Source: Candidatus Moraniibacteriota bacterium (GTDB lineage Bacteria > Patescibacteriota > Minisyncoccia > Moranbacterales > UBA1568). Taken from it: a stretch of DNA of 64,000 nt. The notes below the pieces were generated by a model. That model worked only from the letters and a program-made list of their open reading frames with translations, did no database searches and had not been told where the DNA came from. Both the position numbers and the translations under genes were made by a program. This document shows, piece by piece, positions 27,959 to 38,425 of the stretch. Every line of letters begins with the position of its first letter. The stretch's first letter is position 1. The stretch is from NCBI GenBank assembly GCA_013334575.1, contig JAAXXG010000001.1:143637-207636 (forward strand). The letters are read 5' to 3'.

Positions 27959-28888
27959 ATGAGAAAGGATTCGAAAATCTATGTTGCGGGACATCGCGGT
28001 CTAGTTGGATCCGCGATTACGCGAAAGTTGCAATCCGAGGGATTCGCGAATCTACTGTTTCGTTCAATAGATGAGCTGAATCTGATGGACACGGTCGCGG
28101 TCAATGATTTTTTTAGGTCCGAAAAACCGGAATATGTATTTCTGGCAGCAGCCAAGGTCGGTGGCATCCTAGCCAACGATACCTATCCTGCAGATTTTAT
28201 CTATCAGAATCTCGCCATCCAGAACAACGTTATCCATGCGGCGTACGAACACAATGCAAAAAAACTGCTCTTTCTCGGAAGTTCCTGCATCTATCCACGA
28301 GACTGTCCTCAACCGATCCGAGAAGACTCTCTCCTCACCGGCCCGCTCGAGAAGACTAACGAAGCATACGCAATAGCCAAAATTGCGGGAATCAAGACGT
28401 GTCAGGCGTTTAATAAACAGTTCGGAACAAGATTCATTTCTGTCATGCCGACGAACCTCTACGGACCGAATGACAATTTCGACCTCGAGAGCTCACACGT
28501 CCTCCCGGCCCTCATCAGGAAGTTTCATGACGCCAAACTCTCTGGAGCGAGCGAGGTTGTCATGTGGGGAACAGGCTCACCGAAGCGCGAATTCCTTCAC
28601 GTGGATGACCTTGCGGATGCATGCATCTTCCTCATGAACACGTACGACGAGTCCGAAATTGTGAACATCGGAACAGGAGAAGACGTTACTATAAGACAGT
28701 TAGTAGAACTAATACGTGATATCGTCGGATTCAAAGGACAGGTCGTCAACGATACGACCAAACCGGACGGAACACCAAGAAAACTCCTCGACGTATCATA
28801 CCTCCACTCGCTAGGATGGAAACACTCCGTCACACTGAAGGAAGGCATCCAAAAAACATACGAATGGTATCTCACCTCAAGAAAATAA
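27959..28888 (+). CDS. fcl: GDP-L-fucose synthase (GDP-4-keto-6-deoxymannose 3,5-epimerase/4-reductase)
   Basis: '[15 protein letters not shown]', 'YAIAKIAGI' and 'NLYGPNDNF'. Starts 2 nt after the gmd stop. Confidence 0.9.
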   Translation: MRKDSKIYVAGHRGLVGSAITRKLQSEGFANLLFRSIDELNLMDTVAVNDFFRSEKPEYVFLAAAKVGGILANDTYPADFIYQNLAIQNNVIHAAYEHNAKKLLFLGSSCIYPRDCPQPIREDSLLTGPLEKTNEAYAIAKIAGIKTCQAFNKQFGTRFISVMPTNLYGPNDNFDLESSHVLPALIRKFHDAKLSGASEVVMWGTGSPKREFLHVDDLADACIFLMNTYDESEIVNIGTGEDVTIRQLVELIRDIVGFKGQVVNDTTKPDGTPRKLLDVSYLHSLGWKHSVTLKEGIQKTYEWYLTSRK

Positions 28889-29845
28889 CTTCCTAAACCG
28901 ATGTTTGATTCGTCCAATCAGCTCCCATCCTCCGGATTTTCTGATCCTATCAAGCTCCACCAGTAACGCGGTATTCCGATTTTGGAAATCCGAAACGTCA
29001 CCGTCATCCTTCACGGTCGGAATTTCAGACCGAACGGATCGCTTCAGAAATCGGTCTTTCCTCGTAAGTATCCATGCCAATCGATAGGCTTGACTCAGGA
29101 TTTTCCATTCCCACGACCCGTACACCGTATCCAATTCGGTCTGAAGTTGCTCGCCGTACTTCCGAAGTAACCCGATATCGGTCACGCTCCAGAATGACGA
29201 GCGGTTCGACAGATTCAGCTGATAAAACCGGGATTCCTCATCGGACTCATCCCCGCTCTCGTACCAAGGCAGGTGTCTCGCGACATAAGGAAAACCGGTG
29301 CGGATAGACTTCCACCATCGCTTCTCGCTCGGACGGATACCCGGGCGATACAAAGCGAACGTCGTGTCGATAGGTGCGTCATAAAGCCCCGTTTCTATCT
29401 CATTCGTCCAAAAGCAGCTCTCCCAGTCCGTCACGGAACGCTTGAAAACGTATGCGTCTGGCAAGTCATCGATCCGCAGTCCGAAACCGACCTTCGTGAC
29501 ATCCGGATATCGGTCGAGAACATCGGAAAAGTACGATATGGCATCGAGCGGGCAGAGCGCATCAGGAACGACATCACAGTCGGTAACGACATACCTTTCC
29601 CGGTCGATGACATCGGAAAAGGCGTTACTCTCCCAGACGACCAGATGACCGAAGTTCCTGTCCATGCGGTGCACGGTATGTCCGCACGAGTAAAGATACG
29701 AAAGGAGTGGCGGATAAGTCGATGCATTGTCGACGATGCGGATATCCGTATATCCGGAAGCTTCCAGCCACGAGACAAGCGCCCGAAGATACTTCAGGCG
29801 ATTGAATGAAACGATGAAGACCGGAATATCGTGATACGGTTTCAT
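28877..29845 (-). CDS. Glycosyltransferase (GT-A-like, family not assigned)
   Basis: '[20 protein letters not shown]' nucleotide-sugar transferase-like N-terminus plus a DxD-like 'TDCDVVPD'. 322 aa, low GC. Confidence 0.55.
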   Translation of the reverse strand: MKPYHDIPVFIVSFNRLKYLRALVSWLEASGYTDIRIVDNASTYPPLLSYLYSCGHTVHRMDRNFGHLVVWESNAFSDVIDRERYVVTDCDVVPDALCPLDAISYFSDVLDRYPDVTKVGFGLRIDDLPDAYVFKRSVTDWESCFWTNEIETGLYDAPIDTTFALYRPGIRPSEKRWWKSIRTGFPYVARHLPWYESGDESDEESRFYQLNLSNRSSFWSVTDIGLLRKYGEQLQTELDTVYGSWEWKILSQAYRLAWILTRKDRFLKRSVRSEIPTVKDDGDVSDFQNRNTALLVELDRIRKSGGWELIGRIKHRFRKLFS

Positions 29846-30564
29846 GAAACCAGCCTGCTTTTTGCGTACGCCCGAAAATCGCCAATTAACCTACCCGGAA
29901 GACCGACCTCCCGCCGAGCCCTCGCATTCTCGATCATTCGCCTCCAAGGATGCGAAGAGCTTGCGCCGTCCATCACGAAATTCGAGAACACCCTATCAGA
30001 AACGGCGACCGAGACTCTTCCATCGTGGAACGCCCTTAGACAGAACAGATAGTCGGCAGCGATCGGAAAACGCTCGTCATACGGACCGAAACGGTCATGC
30101 AGATCCTTTCGGTACAGGAGGGAGGGGTGTTGCATTGGTAGCATGGGCAGATCAGAGGGAGACGACCATACGACCGACGACGTGCGACGGTCACGACTCC
30201 AGACACTCGTTTTTCCGTATATCGCACCGACACCCGGACACTCATCCAAGAGCGTAGTCGCAACAGAAATGGTCTCGGGGTCCAACCAGTCACCCGCGCC
30301 GATGACATTCACGTATTCCCCGGTCGCCATACGGATACCCTTGTTCATCGCGTCGTAGATACCGTGATCCGGTTCGGAAACCCACAGAAGACGACCCGAG
30401 AACCTCGGCTCGTACGACCTGATCACATCCACGGTTCCGTCAGTCGATCCCCCGTCGACGATCACGATTTCGAACGCCTCGCTATCCTGCGCCAGAAACC
30501 CGTCAAGAGTGACTGGAAGCAGCCCCGAGGAGTTCCTAGTGCAAATAACGCAAGAAATCTTCAT
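29842..30564 (-). CDS. GT2 glycosyltransferase
   Basis: 'ISCVICTRN...FEIVIVDGGSTDGT...DAMNKGI' with 'GAGDWL'. A 4-nt overlap with the downstream gene. Confidence 0.85.
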   Translation of the reverse strand: MKISCVICTRNSSGLLPVTLDGFLAQDSEAFEIVIVDGGSTDGTVDVIRSYEPRFSGRLLWVSEPDHGIYDAMNKGIRMATGEYVNVIGAGDWLDPETISVATTLLDECPGVGAIYGKTSVWSRDRRTSSVVWSSPSDLPMLPMQHPSLLYRKDLHDRFGPYDERFPIAADYLFCLRAFHDGRVSVAVSDRVFSNFVMDGASSSHPWRRMIENARARREVGLPGRLIGDFRAYAKSRLVS

Positions 30565-30565
30565 A

Positions 30566-31573
30566 CTAAATTTTCTTTTCCCTTCTCAAAGCATAGTAAA
30601 CTTTTCGGACTGGTTGCCGAAGCCAAGAATGCAAAATTTTCGTGTAATATTTTTTCAAAAATTTTTTTGGGGAAAAAATGACAAAACCTATGTTCAAGCT
30701 AATTCTAGAAAAATTTTTTCGCACTGCGGGTAAAAACTCATACAAAAAATATGCCTGAACAATTGAACATCCATGAACATGACTCAAAATACCAAGGGGT
30801 AATCGCTTCGTCGCTCGAATTCTTCTACACGTATCAATATCAGTTACAGAAATCGTATTATAATACTTATATAATACTTTTGCCGCTTCTTCATCCCCCT
30901 CATATATCAGCTCGGTGGACATTCCGGAAAGACGATATGTTGTAAATATCCGATCAACAAAAACGCTGTCGTATTTCCGAATAACGAGACGTAAAATTAA
31001 ATCCAAATCACCCATAATTAATAAACTATCATCAAACATCCCCTCCCGAAGCAAAACATCCCTTCGAGTAAACATCGTCTGATGATTAAAGGGTGATGCG
31101 GAGAAAAATACGCTGCTGAGATCCGGATATACTACCCACTGACAAGATTTTTTTTGATCTAAAATTTTTGCCGGAGCATAAGAAAATGCTGCTCCCGATC
31201 TCTCGAGCGCTTCAACCGACCACTCAACTCCATGCAAATCGTGCCAATAATCATCTGAATTAAGAAAAACAACATACTTTCCGCGAGCATGCATAATCCC
31301 CTTATTCATCGCGTCATATATGCCTCTATCAGGCTCTGAGATATACCTTAGCCTCTTATACTTCCTGACACATGACGCAAGAAGGTCCGCCGTTCCATCG
31401 TTCGAAGCGCCATCAATAACAATATGTTCTATATTCTGGTACGTTTGCAGATGCACCGATTCAACGCTCTGTAAAAACGTCTCCTTTCTGTTATTCCTAA
31501 TCAGGTTAAAAGTAACCGTCACAACGGTTACTAATGGCAGATTCTCATGATCAATGCGCCTGTCTTTTTGCAT
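30566..31573 (-). CDS. GT2 glycosyltransferase
   Basis: 'VTVVTVTFN...HIVIDGASNDGT...DAMNKGI...NSDD'. Start uncertain, either 31573 or 31633. ~37% GC. Confidence 0.8.
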   Translation of the reverse strand: MQKDRRIDHENLPLVTVVTVTFNLIRNNRKETFLQSVESVHLQTYQNIEHIVIDGASNDGTADLLASCVRKYKRLRYISEPDRGIYDAMNKGIMHARGKYVVFLNSDDYWHDLHGVEWSVEALERSGAAFSYAPAKILDQKKSCQWVVYPDLSSVFFSASPFNHQTMFTRRDVLLREGMFDDSLLIMGDLDLILRLVIRKYDSVFVDRIFTTYRLSGMSTELIYEGDEEAAKVLYKYYNTISVTDIDTCRRIRATKRLPLGILSHVHGCSIVQAYFLYEFLPAVRKNFSRISLNIGFVIFSPKKFLKKYYTKILHSWLRQPVRKVYYALRREKKI

Positions 31574-32834
31574 AAACTTCACGATAGAGATCTGCGTATT
31601 TCTCGAGACACTTCTTTTGTGTAAATTTCTCAAGAAATCTATCTCGAGCCGCTATAGACGCCCTTCTTCTAAGGGCTTCGTCGGCCAAAAACAGATTGAT
31701 ACCTCTCATGAAATCATCAAAGTCTAAATACTTTGCAAGATATCCGGAATTCATATGATCAATCTCTTCCGGAACACCTCCAACATGGAAACTAACAACC
31801 GGAAGAGCGCAGGCCATCGCCTCTAAAACAACGAAAGGCAAATTATCGGCCATGGTTGGAAATATAAATAAGTCCGCAGCAGAATAATACTCAACCAGGC
31901 GTGCCTTATCATAGACGTATCCGCGAGTCATCACGTTCGGATAATCCAGTTCCCCATCATGACCGACGACCAAAAACAAGACGTCCTCCAGACATGTCAT
32001 CTTCTCGATCGCGCGTAAAACATATCCGCCCCCCTTCTGCGGATTATGTACAGATCCATCAGCAAGAAACAGTAAAATCTTTTTGTCCAGAGGAAGGCCT
32101 AATCGTTTCCGCGCGGCCCGCTTATCAATGGGACGCCAAACCTCTTCATCAATTCCATTGTAAATCAGACGGATATCTTTCGCCCCAAGCATACTTCTTG
32201 AAACACGCTCTTTCAACCATTGTGACGGCACGACGACCGTAAAATCTGACTCGTCATAAATTGTTTTTTTCAGTCTCCATAGATAGCCAGTCGAATCTCT
32301 CCTGAGACTCGGATAGTATGATAAAGCCGGACATGACCCACACCCACTGTGCCATCGTTCGCATGAGAATGAGTAAGCGCAGTGACCAGTAAAGCTTTGT
32401 TCGTCATGCAGCGTCCATATCGTTGGCTTTCTAGATGTTAACAACGGAAGCACCTTTGGATTGATATAATCCCCATGAAGATTATGCAAATGAAGTACGT
32501 CTGCTTCTTGAAAAAAATCGTGCGCCAAAAGATTGTCACTATCATGATGTAAGTCCAGCAATCCAAACCATCGATAATAATTTTTTCGCACTACCTGCCA
32601 CCACGAATGATTCTTCCTAAGAACGGCTACCTTTGCATCATCGAGAACTTTCGATTCTGCGCATATCATATATGTAAGAAACCCAAGGCGCCGCATTCCA
32701 ACGCAAAGCATATCGTAAGCCGCACGAGCCGCCCCACCATGTCCTGCAATAGTATTAACAATCAGCACTCCCTTTGGGTTCGAGGTCGCTGAATTATTGC
32801 TGGCATCAAAAATGGAATTTCGAAACTCATCCAT
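31551..32834 (-). CDS. GT4 glycosyltransferase (GT-B)
   Basis: The C-terminal 'GGVPEEIDHMNSGYL' E-x7-E region and 'LPVVS' are typical of GT4. Confidence 0.85.
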   Translation of the reverse strand: MDEFRNSIFDASNNSATSNPKGVLIVNTIAGHGGAARAAYDMLCVGMRRLGFLTYMICAESKVLDDAKVAVLRKNHSWWQVVRKNYYRWFGLLDLHHDSDNLLAHDFFQEADVLHLHNLHGDYINPKVLPLLTSRKPTIWTLHDEQSFTGHCAYSFSCERWHSGCGSCPALSYYPSLRRDSTGYLWRLKKTIYDESDFTVVVPSQWLKERVSRSMLGAKDIRLIYNGIDEEVWRPIDKRAARKRLGLPLDKKILLFLADGSVHNPQKGGGYVLRAIEKMTCLEDVLFLVVGHDGELDYPNVMTRGYVYDKARLVEYYSAADLFIFPTMADNLPFVVLEAMACALPVVSFHVGGVPEEIDHMNSGYLAKYLDFDDFMRGINLFLADEALRRRASIAARDRFLEKFTQKKCLEKYADLYREVYAKRQAH

Positions 32835-32886
32835 AGAAAATCACTCGCTATCCGAACAACCGGCTGGCTAAAAAATCATCTGATTA

Positions 32887-33780
32887 CTACGTAGATTTTA
32901 ACCATTTAGTCACGGATACGCATATTCGCCGAAAAAGAGTCTTTTTTTTCAGGCCGAAGGTATTCTCGTATGTCCATTCGACCTCCTTCATATTTAACTC
33001 AAGCCTCCTAGGATGTAAAATCTCCCCCATCTCATAAGTAGGTAAATTAAGATGAGGATCGTCGCCAGAATAATGAACGCCGTAAACGCCAATATTTGAA
33101 ACAAGATTCTTTGAAGGATTTATACAGAGCCCTTTTTCCTTAAGGATTGCGTAAGTCCATTGGTAATCCCAGACATTATCTTGCTCCTTTTCCATTTTTT
33201 GAAAGATATCTGACCAATATTTGGCGACTTCCTGCCGAGCAAAAGCCTCTTTATAGTTCAATTCTTTATGGTCTTTTATGTGATACTCAAACGATTGCCA
33301 CCGGTCAGCCCATGTCGCCCACCCCCAACAGTGCTCAATCTGCGCAAAATAATAGCTCGCACTACTTCGAAATTTCTTATTAAAATTATTACCGGAGATA
33401 TGCCATACCCGCTTCTCATCGGAATAATAATCAAGCAATGTCTCGCAGAACCTAAAGAAGTCTTCGTGAGGCAGGCAATCATCCTCTAGGATTATTCCGT
33501 CTTTTTCATGCTCAAAAAACCAAGATATACCGCCAGAAACCGCCTTTCCACATCCAAGATTTTTATCGCGAAATAAGGTATGAACTTCACATTCCCAATC
33601 GATACCATCTATAACAAGCTTTCTAACCCGTTCAACAAGCTCCTTCTCGCCTTCTATATTTTCTCGAGCGCCGTCGGATGCGACATACATGCGCGACGGA
33701 CGGACGGCGCGAATAGCCTGAAGCACTTTTAAAGTTGTCTCTGGCCGATTGAAAATGACTAATAAAACCGCTTTTTTCAT
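32887..33780 (-). CDS. Putative nucleotide-diphospho-sugar transferase (GT-A-like)
   Basis: 'KAVLLVIFNRPETTLKVLQAI...DGARE' N-terminus and 'EDDCLPHEDFF'. Low GC. Family assignment is tentative. Confidence 0.5.
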   Translation of the reverse strand: MKKAVLLVIFNRPETTLKVLQAIRAVRPSRMYVASDGARENIEGEKELVERVRKLVIDGIDWECEVHTLFRDKNLGCGKAVSGGISWFFEHEKDGIILEDDCLPHEDFFRFCETLLDYYSDEKRVWHISGNNFNKKFRSSASYYFAQIEHCWGWATWADRWQSFEYHIKDHKELNYKEAFARQEVAKYWSDIFQKMEKEQDNVWDYQWTYAILKEKGLCINPSKNLVSNIGVYGVHYSGDDPHLNLPTYEMGEILHPRRLELNMKEVEWTYENTFGLKKKTLFRRICVSVTKWLKST

Positions 33781-34580
33781 AATTGCCCTCTCCCAAATAT
33801 CAAAGTCCTCCTTGTTCGAGCAAGAACGCTATAGCCACGCTCCCTCAAAAAATTATACTCCTCCGTTTCTTCATATTCCATAATATCTCTATCAACAATA
33901 TCGAGAGCTTCTACAAGCAAAAAGTCCGGTCTATAAAGATCCCAATCAAGCGATTGTAATATTACATAGTCTAACCCTTCAACATCCAGGTTCATGAAGT
34001 CTATTTTTTTTCCTTCTGGCACGTACTGCTTAAGCAACTCATTAATATTCAATGTTCGAATAGACTCCTTACCTAGAAGCTCCCACCCCTCACGAATTCG
34101 CAACTCGCTTATCTCTTGATTAAAAGAGTTTAGAGCTGGCTCGCGAAAGCTATAATATTGCAACACTCCTCCTACTTCAGAAATACCGGCTTCGATGTTT
34201 ATATCGTGCACCCTTTTTCTATTGAAAAGCTCCATAGATCCTGGAAGGGCATCTATATTGATCCCGCTCCATCCGCGTTCATAATAATACTGCGTATTCG
34301 AATACCTATAAGGATGAAAAGCTCCTATATCAACATAGAATCCTTTGTACCCTGGAAGTGACTCATAAAATGCCGCTAAAACTATATCTTCCCCATCTTG
34401 CGAATACGATCTCCTAGAGTATCGAAAACGCTCGGACTCGTCCAGGTTTTCTACGCTTTTTTTTATCTCATTAAAATCTGCGATGGCTTCCTTCATCTCG
34501 ACTATCGCATCATTAACCGAAAAAAGCTTCTCCTCTAATCCGCGAAAATAATCTGGAATTCGTTTTAAGGGATTCTTCAT
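33777..34580 (-). CDS. FkbM-family SAM-dependent methyltransferase
   Basis: 'YSQDGEDIVLAAFY...GFYVDIGAFHP' is the FkbM signature. It lies adjacent to wzt, as terminal-capping methyltransferases do in ABC-transporter-dependent O-polysaccharide pathways. Confidence 0.8.
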   Translation of the reverse strand: MKNPLKRIPDYFRGLEEKLFSVNDAIVEMKEAIADFNEIKKSVENLDESERFRYSRRSYSQDGEDIVLAAFYESLPGYKGFYVDIGAFHPYRYSNTQYYYERGWSGINIDALPGSMELFNRKRVHDINIEAGISEVGGVLQYYSFREPALNSFNQEISELRIREGWELLGKESIRTLNINELLKQYVPEGKKIDFMNLDVEGLDYVILQSLDWDLYRPDFLLVEALDIVDRDIMEYEETEEYNFLRERGYSVLARTRRTLIFGRGQL

Positions 34581-35836
34581 ACTCTTTCTTTGAACTCTTT
34601 TACTGCCATCTCGTAATCAAAATCTATCGGACTCCAATTCACACGGTCGCTAAAGACCTGAATTTTTGCAATTGATTCTCTTGCGTCAAGAACTTCGAAC
34701 TTCGCGTGTGACTTTACATCCGCAGTTGCAACATAGACATTATACGAACCAGGCGCAAGAAGCATCTCACCGGATATGGTACATTCCAATGCAGTACCCT
34801 TGGCAACCTCTCCATATCTTAGAGGTTTCCTTGAATATAAGCTGTGAGCGCCATAAACGTCCCTCCCGAAATTATCTTTAAACATCAGTTCGAAAGTTGG
34901 ATTCGAAACACTCGAAAGATACTTGATAATGATTTTTACGTAGAATTTTTTTCCTGTCTCTAAGACGAAGGTCTGATCATGCGAGCTATTTTCAAATACA
35001 CAGGACTGAATTATAGCTCTCTTGCTGCCCGCATCAGAATGAAGATCGACTTTCTCCTGTTCCATGATCTGCACTTTCATCCGCCTCTCTTCTTCGGACA
35101 TGTTTATGTCCATGTACCTGTAAATAGCCTGTTTTGAATCTCCGATAAATTCCATTTTTCCTCCATTTAAAAGCATCACTCTATCACAATACTCGCCAAC
35201 AGTCTGAATATCATGAGAAACAAGCACAACTGTTTTCCCTTTTTTCTTGTATAATTCGAACTCATTAATGCATTTCGCCTGGAAGTTGGAGTCGCCGACG
35301 GCGAGGACCTCGTCCATGAGAAGGATGTCGCGGTTCGCGTGGATGGAGACCGAGAACGCGAGGCGGACCTGCATGCCGCTCGAATAGTTCTTGAGCTTCT
35401 GGTCGATGAACCGGCCGAGTTCGGAGAATTCGACGATCGAGTCGAACTTTTCGTCGATCTGTTTCTTGGTCATGCCGAGGACGGTCGCGTTGAGGTAGAT
35501 ATTGTCGCGGCCGGAGAGTTCCGGATTGAACCCGATGCCGAGCTCGAGGAAGGGCGAGATGAGACCGTTCGTACGGACCGTTCCCTTGTCCGCCTCGTAG
35601 ATGCCGGCGAGGATCTTGAGGAGGGTCGACTTGCCGCTGCCGTTGCGGCCGATGACGCCGAAGAACTCCCCCTTCTTCACCTCGAAGGAGACGTCGTCGA
35701 GCGCCTTGAACTCCTCGAAGGTGCGCTTTCCCTTGAGCGCGCCCACGAACGCTCCGCGTATCGAAGACACCTTCTCGTGCGGAATGCGGAAGGTCTTGGA
35801 GACGTTCTTGACGCTTATGGCGATATCCTGGTCCAT
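34577..35836 (-). CDS. wzt: O-antigen/teichoic-type polysaccharide ABC exporter ATP-binding protein with a C-terminal carbohydrate-binding extension
   Basis: Walker A 'GRNGSGKST', signature 'YSSGMQVRL' and Walker B 'ILLMDEVLAVGD', followed by a ~170-aa C-terminal beta-rich domain. GC composition switches from high (5' 560 nt) to low (3' 700 nt) inside the gene. Confidence 0.85.
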   Translation of the reverse strand: MDQDIAISVKNVSKTFRIPHEKVSSIRGAFVGALKGKRTFEEFKALDDVSFEVKKGEFFGVIGRNGSGKSTLLKILAGIYEADKGTVRTNGLISPFLELGIGFNPELSGRDNIYLNATVLGMTKKQIDEKFDSIVEFSELGRFIDQKLKNYSSGMQVRLAFSVSIHANRDILLMDEVLAVGDSNFQAKCINEFELYKKKGKTVVLVSHDIQTVGEYCDRVMLLNGGKMEFIGDSKQAIYRYMDINMSEEERRMKVQIMEQEKVDLHSDAGSKRAIIQSCVFENSSHDQTFVLETGKKFYVKIIIKYLSSVSNPTFELMFKDNFGRDVYGAHSLYSRKPLRYGEVAKGTALECTISGEMLLAPGSYNVYVATADVKSHAKFEVLDARESIAKIQVFSDRVNWSPIDFDYEMAVKEFKERV

Positions 35837-35962
35837 TCCCCTATTCTACCCCATTCCGAACGTTCTTCCCAGTCAGACGGACAGTTGACAAAATATCGGG
35901 AAAAAGCCATATTAAGGAGCTGTTTCAAAACATTCATCAATCTATCCCGCAAGGAGGCTTCT

Positions 35963-36631
35963 ATATCGCTTCAACCACCGAAGGACTTACCCCGCATCCA
36001 AAAACTTTCCCACCGTCGTCTGGACATCGGTAAGCCCATCATCCTCTGGACGAAAAAGGATCCCTATTATGGAAACGGGGTCGGATTCCGCTACGCAATC
36101 GCTGACGCCGATCCGAAAACCGGAACGCCCGCCACCTGCCGAATCGTACTCGCATCCAATCATCCGGACCTCGTTCTCGGCAAGGCGTATGCAGCGACCG
36201 TCGAAGCCGTAAAGTGGCCCGATAAGCCATGCTGGATGCGTCGATACGATAGACCCTCAGTCGAGATCTCCTACCTGTCGGTCTTCGATGTGACCCCGGT
36301 GCCGATCTACGAAACCATCCGGATCTTCGAGACCGAAGCAGCCGTCTATACCTGGACCGACGGTTATCTCATCTCGGAGCACCGGATCCCGATCACGAAC
36401 CGACGGAAGGATTTCCGTTATGACAACCGGGTGGTCAGGACGATCGAGTATTCCGACTCGTATGGCACCTTCCGCCGGGACGAACTACCGCCGGATACGG
36501 ATATGTCGACATACGGACCAGAGGATTTCGATGCTCTTCCGGAACTGACCGACGGGCAGCATCGCACTCTTGGAAACTTCTTCGTCACCCCGAGAAACTT
36601 TGTTCTGAGAAACGGAAAGCCGCCGGCGTAA
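35963..36631 (+). CDS. Hypothetical protein; start codon uncertain
   Basis: High GC3 coding signal from ~35990 to the stop at 36631. There is no in-frame ATG. Candidate starts are ATA at 35963 (SD AAGGAGG 5 nt upstream) or TTG at 35885. The tool ORF (from 35339) runs antisense through wzt and is not believed. Confidence 0.4.
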   Translation: MSLQPPKDLPRIQKLSHRRLDIGKPIILWTKKDPYYGNGVGFRYAIADADPKTGTPATCRIVLASNHPDLVLGKAYAATVEAVKWPDKPCWMRRYDRPSVEISYLSVFDVTPVPIYETIRIFETEAAVYTWTDGYLISEHRIPITNRRKDFRYDNRVVRTIEYSDSYGTFRRDELPPDTDMSTYGPEDFDALPELTDGQHRTLGNFFVTPRNFVLRNGKPPA

Positions 36632-36647
36632 ATCGCGGGCGGCTTTT
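36619..36647 (+). terminator. Intrinsic terminator
   Basis: GCCGCCGGCG-(5 nt)-CGCGGGCGGC then TTTT. The stop codon sits in the loop. Confidence 0.45.
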
Positions 36648-36755
36648 GACATTCCGAAACTTCCGCAAGAACAGGCGACTCGGCATCCGACCTATCGCGA
36701 CGTTCGGATATTTCCCGATACGATCACTCCGGAAAGAGCTCCGAGGCTTGTGGGT

Positions 36756-37364
36756 CTAATTACAGTACGCGACGCACGTCCCCGTAAGGTACGCGCCGAC
36801 TTCCCGGACGATCACATCCCGAACATCCGGAAACAGCGCGAAGAAGGTTCCGATCGGATCGAACGATATCGCGTCGGTCATCGGCGGACCGAGGGAACCC
36901 GTATTCAATTCGACGGCTCCCGGAACGACCAGCGGAGCGATCGACAGATCGGCCTTTCCCGGAACATCGGAACGGACGGTCTGAACGGCGAATCGGTATC
37001 CGAGGTACGTGCCGGAACGAAGTCCGCGAAACACGCCATCGAACTCGTCCGGGGTCAGACACGTCGTCGGCTCGGATACGCCGGCACAGCGTACGGTCAT
37101 CGCGGCAACGACGAAGAAATGCGTCGACTCAGGCATATCAAGGGCATACCTGCCCAGATGCGACAAGGTCCCCAAAATCGCATACTTCAAGAAATCGACG
37201 GGATTGTCGAGTCCTGAGTCAGACTCGCCACTCGGCAGGATAGACAAAGACGGCAACGTATGCGACTCGTCGATCACGTGTGTATACGCCCCATCCCTGA
37301 AACAGGCTCGGATGGCCGCCTCGACCGGGCCGATGGGATACGGAAGAAGAAAAGTGAGGTTCAT
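36756..37364 (-). CDS. Hypothetical protein
   Basis: ~200-aa ORF with coding-like GC3. Start taken as MNLTFLLPY. No family recognised. Confidence 0.4.
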   Translation of the reverse strand: MNLTFLLPYPIGPVEAAIRACFRDGAYTHVIDESHTLPSLSILPSGESDSGLDNPVDFLKYAILGTLSHLGRYALDMPESTHFFVVAAMTVRCAGVSEPTTCLTPDEFDGVFRGLRSGTYLGYRFAVQTVRSDVPGKADLSIAPLVVPGAVELNTGSLGPPMTDAISFDPIGTFFALFPDVRDVIVREVGAYLTGTCVAYCN

Positions 37365-37508
37365 GACCGGTGGGTTTTGAATTGATGTGAAGGCACTGCC
37401 TCCAGCATCCCGCATCCGGACGATTTGTCAATACGACACACGCCATCGGATACGAAAAAGGAGGCCCCGGTGATTCCAGAAGCCCCCTCTTATAAGCTTA
37501 ATCGCCTG

Positions 37509-38246
37509 TCACGACAGCGCGGATTCCGCGACTTCAGGCAACTGATCCTCGACAGCCTCAGTCGGTATCGCAATCACGTGCGATTTCAAAAGACCGTAAC
37601 AGCTGAAAATTTCATCCAACGAACCCCTCAGCTCGTTTAACAGACGGAAATCGCCATCCGATCCAGCAGCATACGACGAAAGACGGATCACATCGAGAGG
37701 TGCCGACCGGAAGTGCTCCATCCGGATAGACGAAAGATCCGATGGCTCGATAGTCTTGACGGTCGTTTCGAACGTCAATATATCGAAATGACATTTAGCC
37801 GCACCGGCCGGAAGTATCGCAAGGCCGACATTCACGACGCAAGTCTTCCCGGAAAGCATCTGGATGAGCGAGACGGCTTCCTCCGAATTCGGAAAAAATA
37901 CCGACTCCATAAACAGTCCAGTCCCCTTGACCATGATACGTACCGAGGTACCCACCAGCACTTCTTCCGGGCAATCCTCTCCCTTGTTCCTACGGCTCTT
38001 TGCCAGTCTGTGCACTGCCGCTTCCGCGCGACGTTTCATGCCATTGAGTCGACAATCCTTTGCGTCGACCCGTCTTGTTTTCTCGGGATATTTTGAACCA
38101 CTAACCTGACATCCGTACGAGGAAAGAAGGCTCGAGACAAAACCGGACACCTCGCCTCCGACATGAAACGGGGTCTTTACCCTGATTTCCAAAAGCTCCG
38201 CCGTACCAGTACCGCCTCCTGGTATCATTTCTTTTTGTTGCGACAT
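37509..38246 (-). CDS. Hypothetical protein
   Basis: ~245 aa (MSQQKEMIPGGGTGTAELLEIR...). The AT-rich upstream region places a TTATAT -10-like element 3 nt before the ATG, so the transcript may be leaderless. No family recognised. Confidence 0.4.
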   Translation of the reverse strand: MSQQKEMIPGGGTGTAELLEIRVKTPFHVGGEVSGFVSSLLSSYGCQVSGSKYPEKTRRVDAKDCRLNGMKRRAEAAVHRLAKSRRNKGEDCPEEVLVGTSVRIMVKGTGLFMESVFFPNSEEAVSLIQMLSGKTCVVNVGLAILPAGAAKCHFDILTFETTVKTIEPSDLSSIRMEHFRSAPLDVIRLSSYAAGSDGDFRLLNELRGSLDEIFSCYGLLKSHVIAIPTEAVEDQLPEVAESALS

Positions 38247-38425
38247 ACGATATAAATCTAGATTTTTAAAGAAGAAAGAACAAAAACACCTCGCGAACAT
38301 ACCACGCGCCGACATCGGCGTCAACCATCCCCGACCGTGTCCGGTTGACGGGATCCGCCCGTCGTCGTATGGTAGAAGGCTCTTTCACAGGCAGTATCAA
38401 CCACAACCCCAAAAAGGAGTACCTC

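Noticed and set aside
35339-35962. 5' two-thirds of the 430-aa ORF 35339-36631(+) overlapping wzt on the opposite strand
   Set aside because: This is antisense to a confidently identified ABC ATPase. Its composition is Arg/Ala/Glu-rich and low-complexity, as is typical for antisense frames in GC-rich DNA. Only the 3' third after the intergenic gap shows genuine coding statistics.
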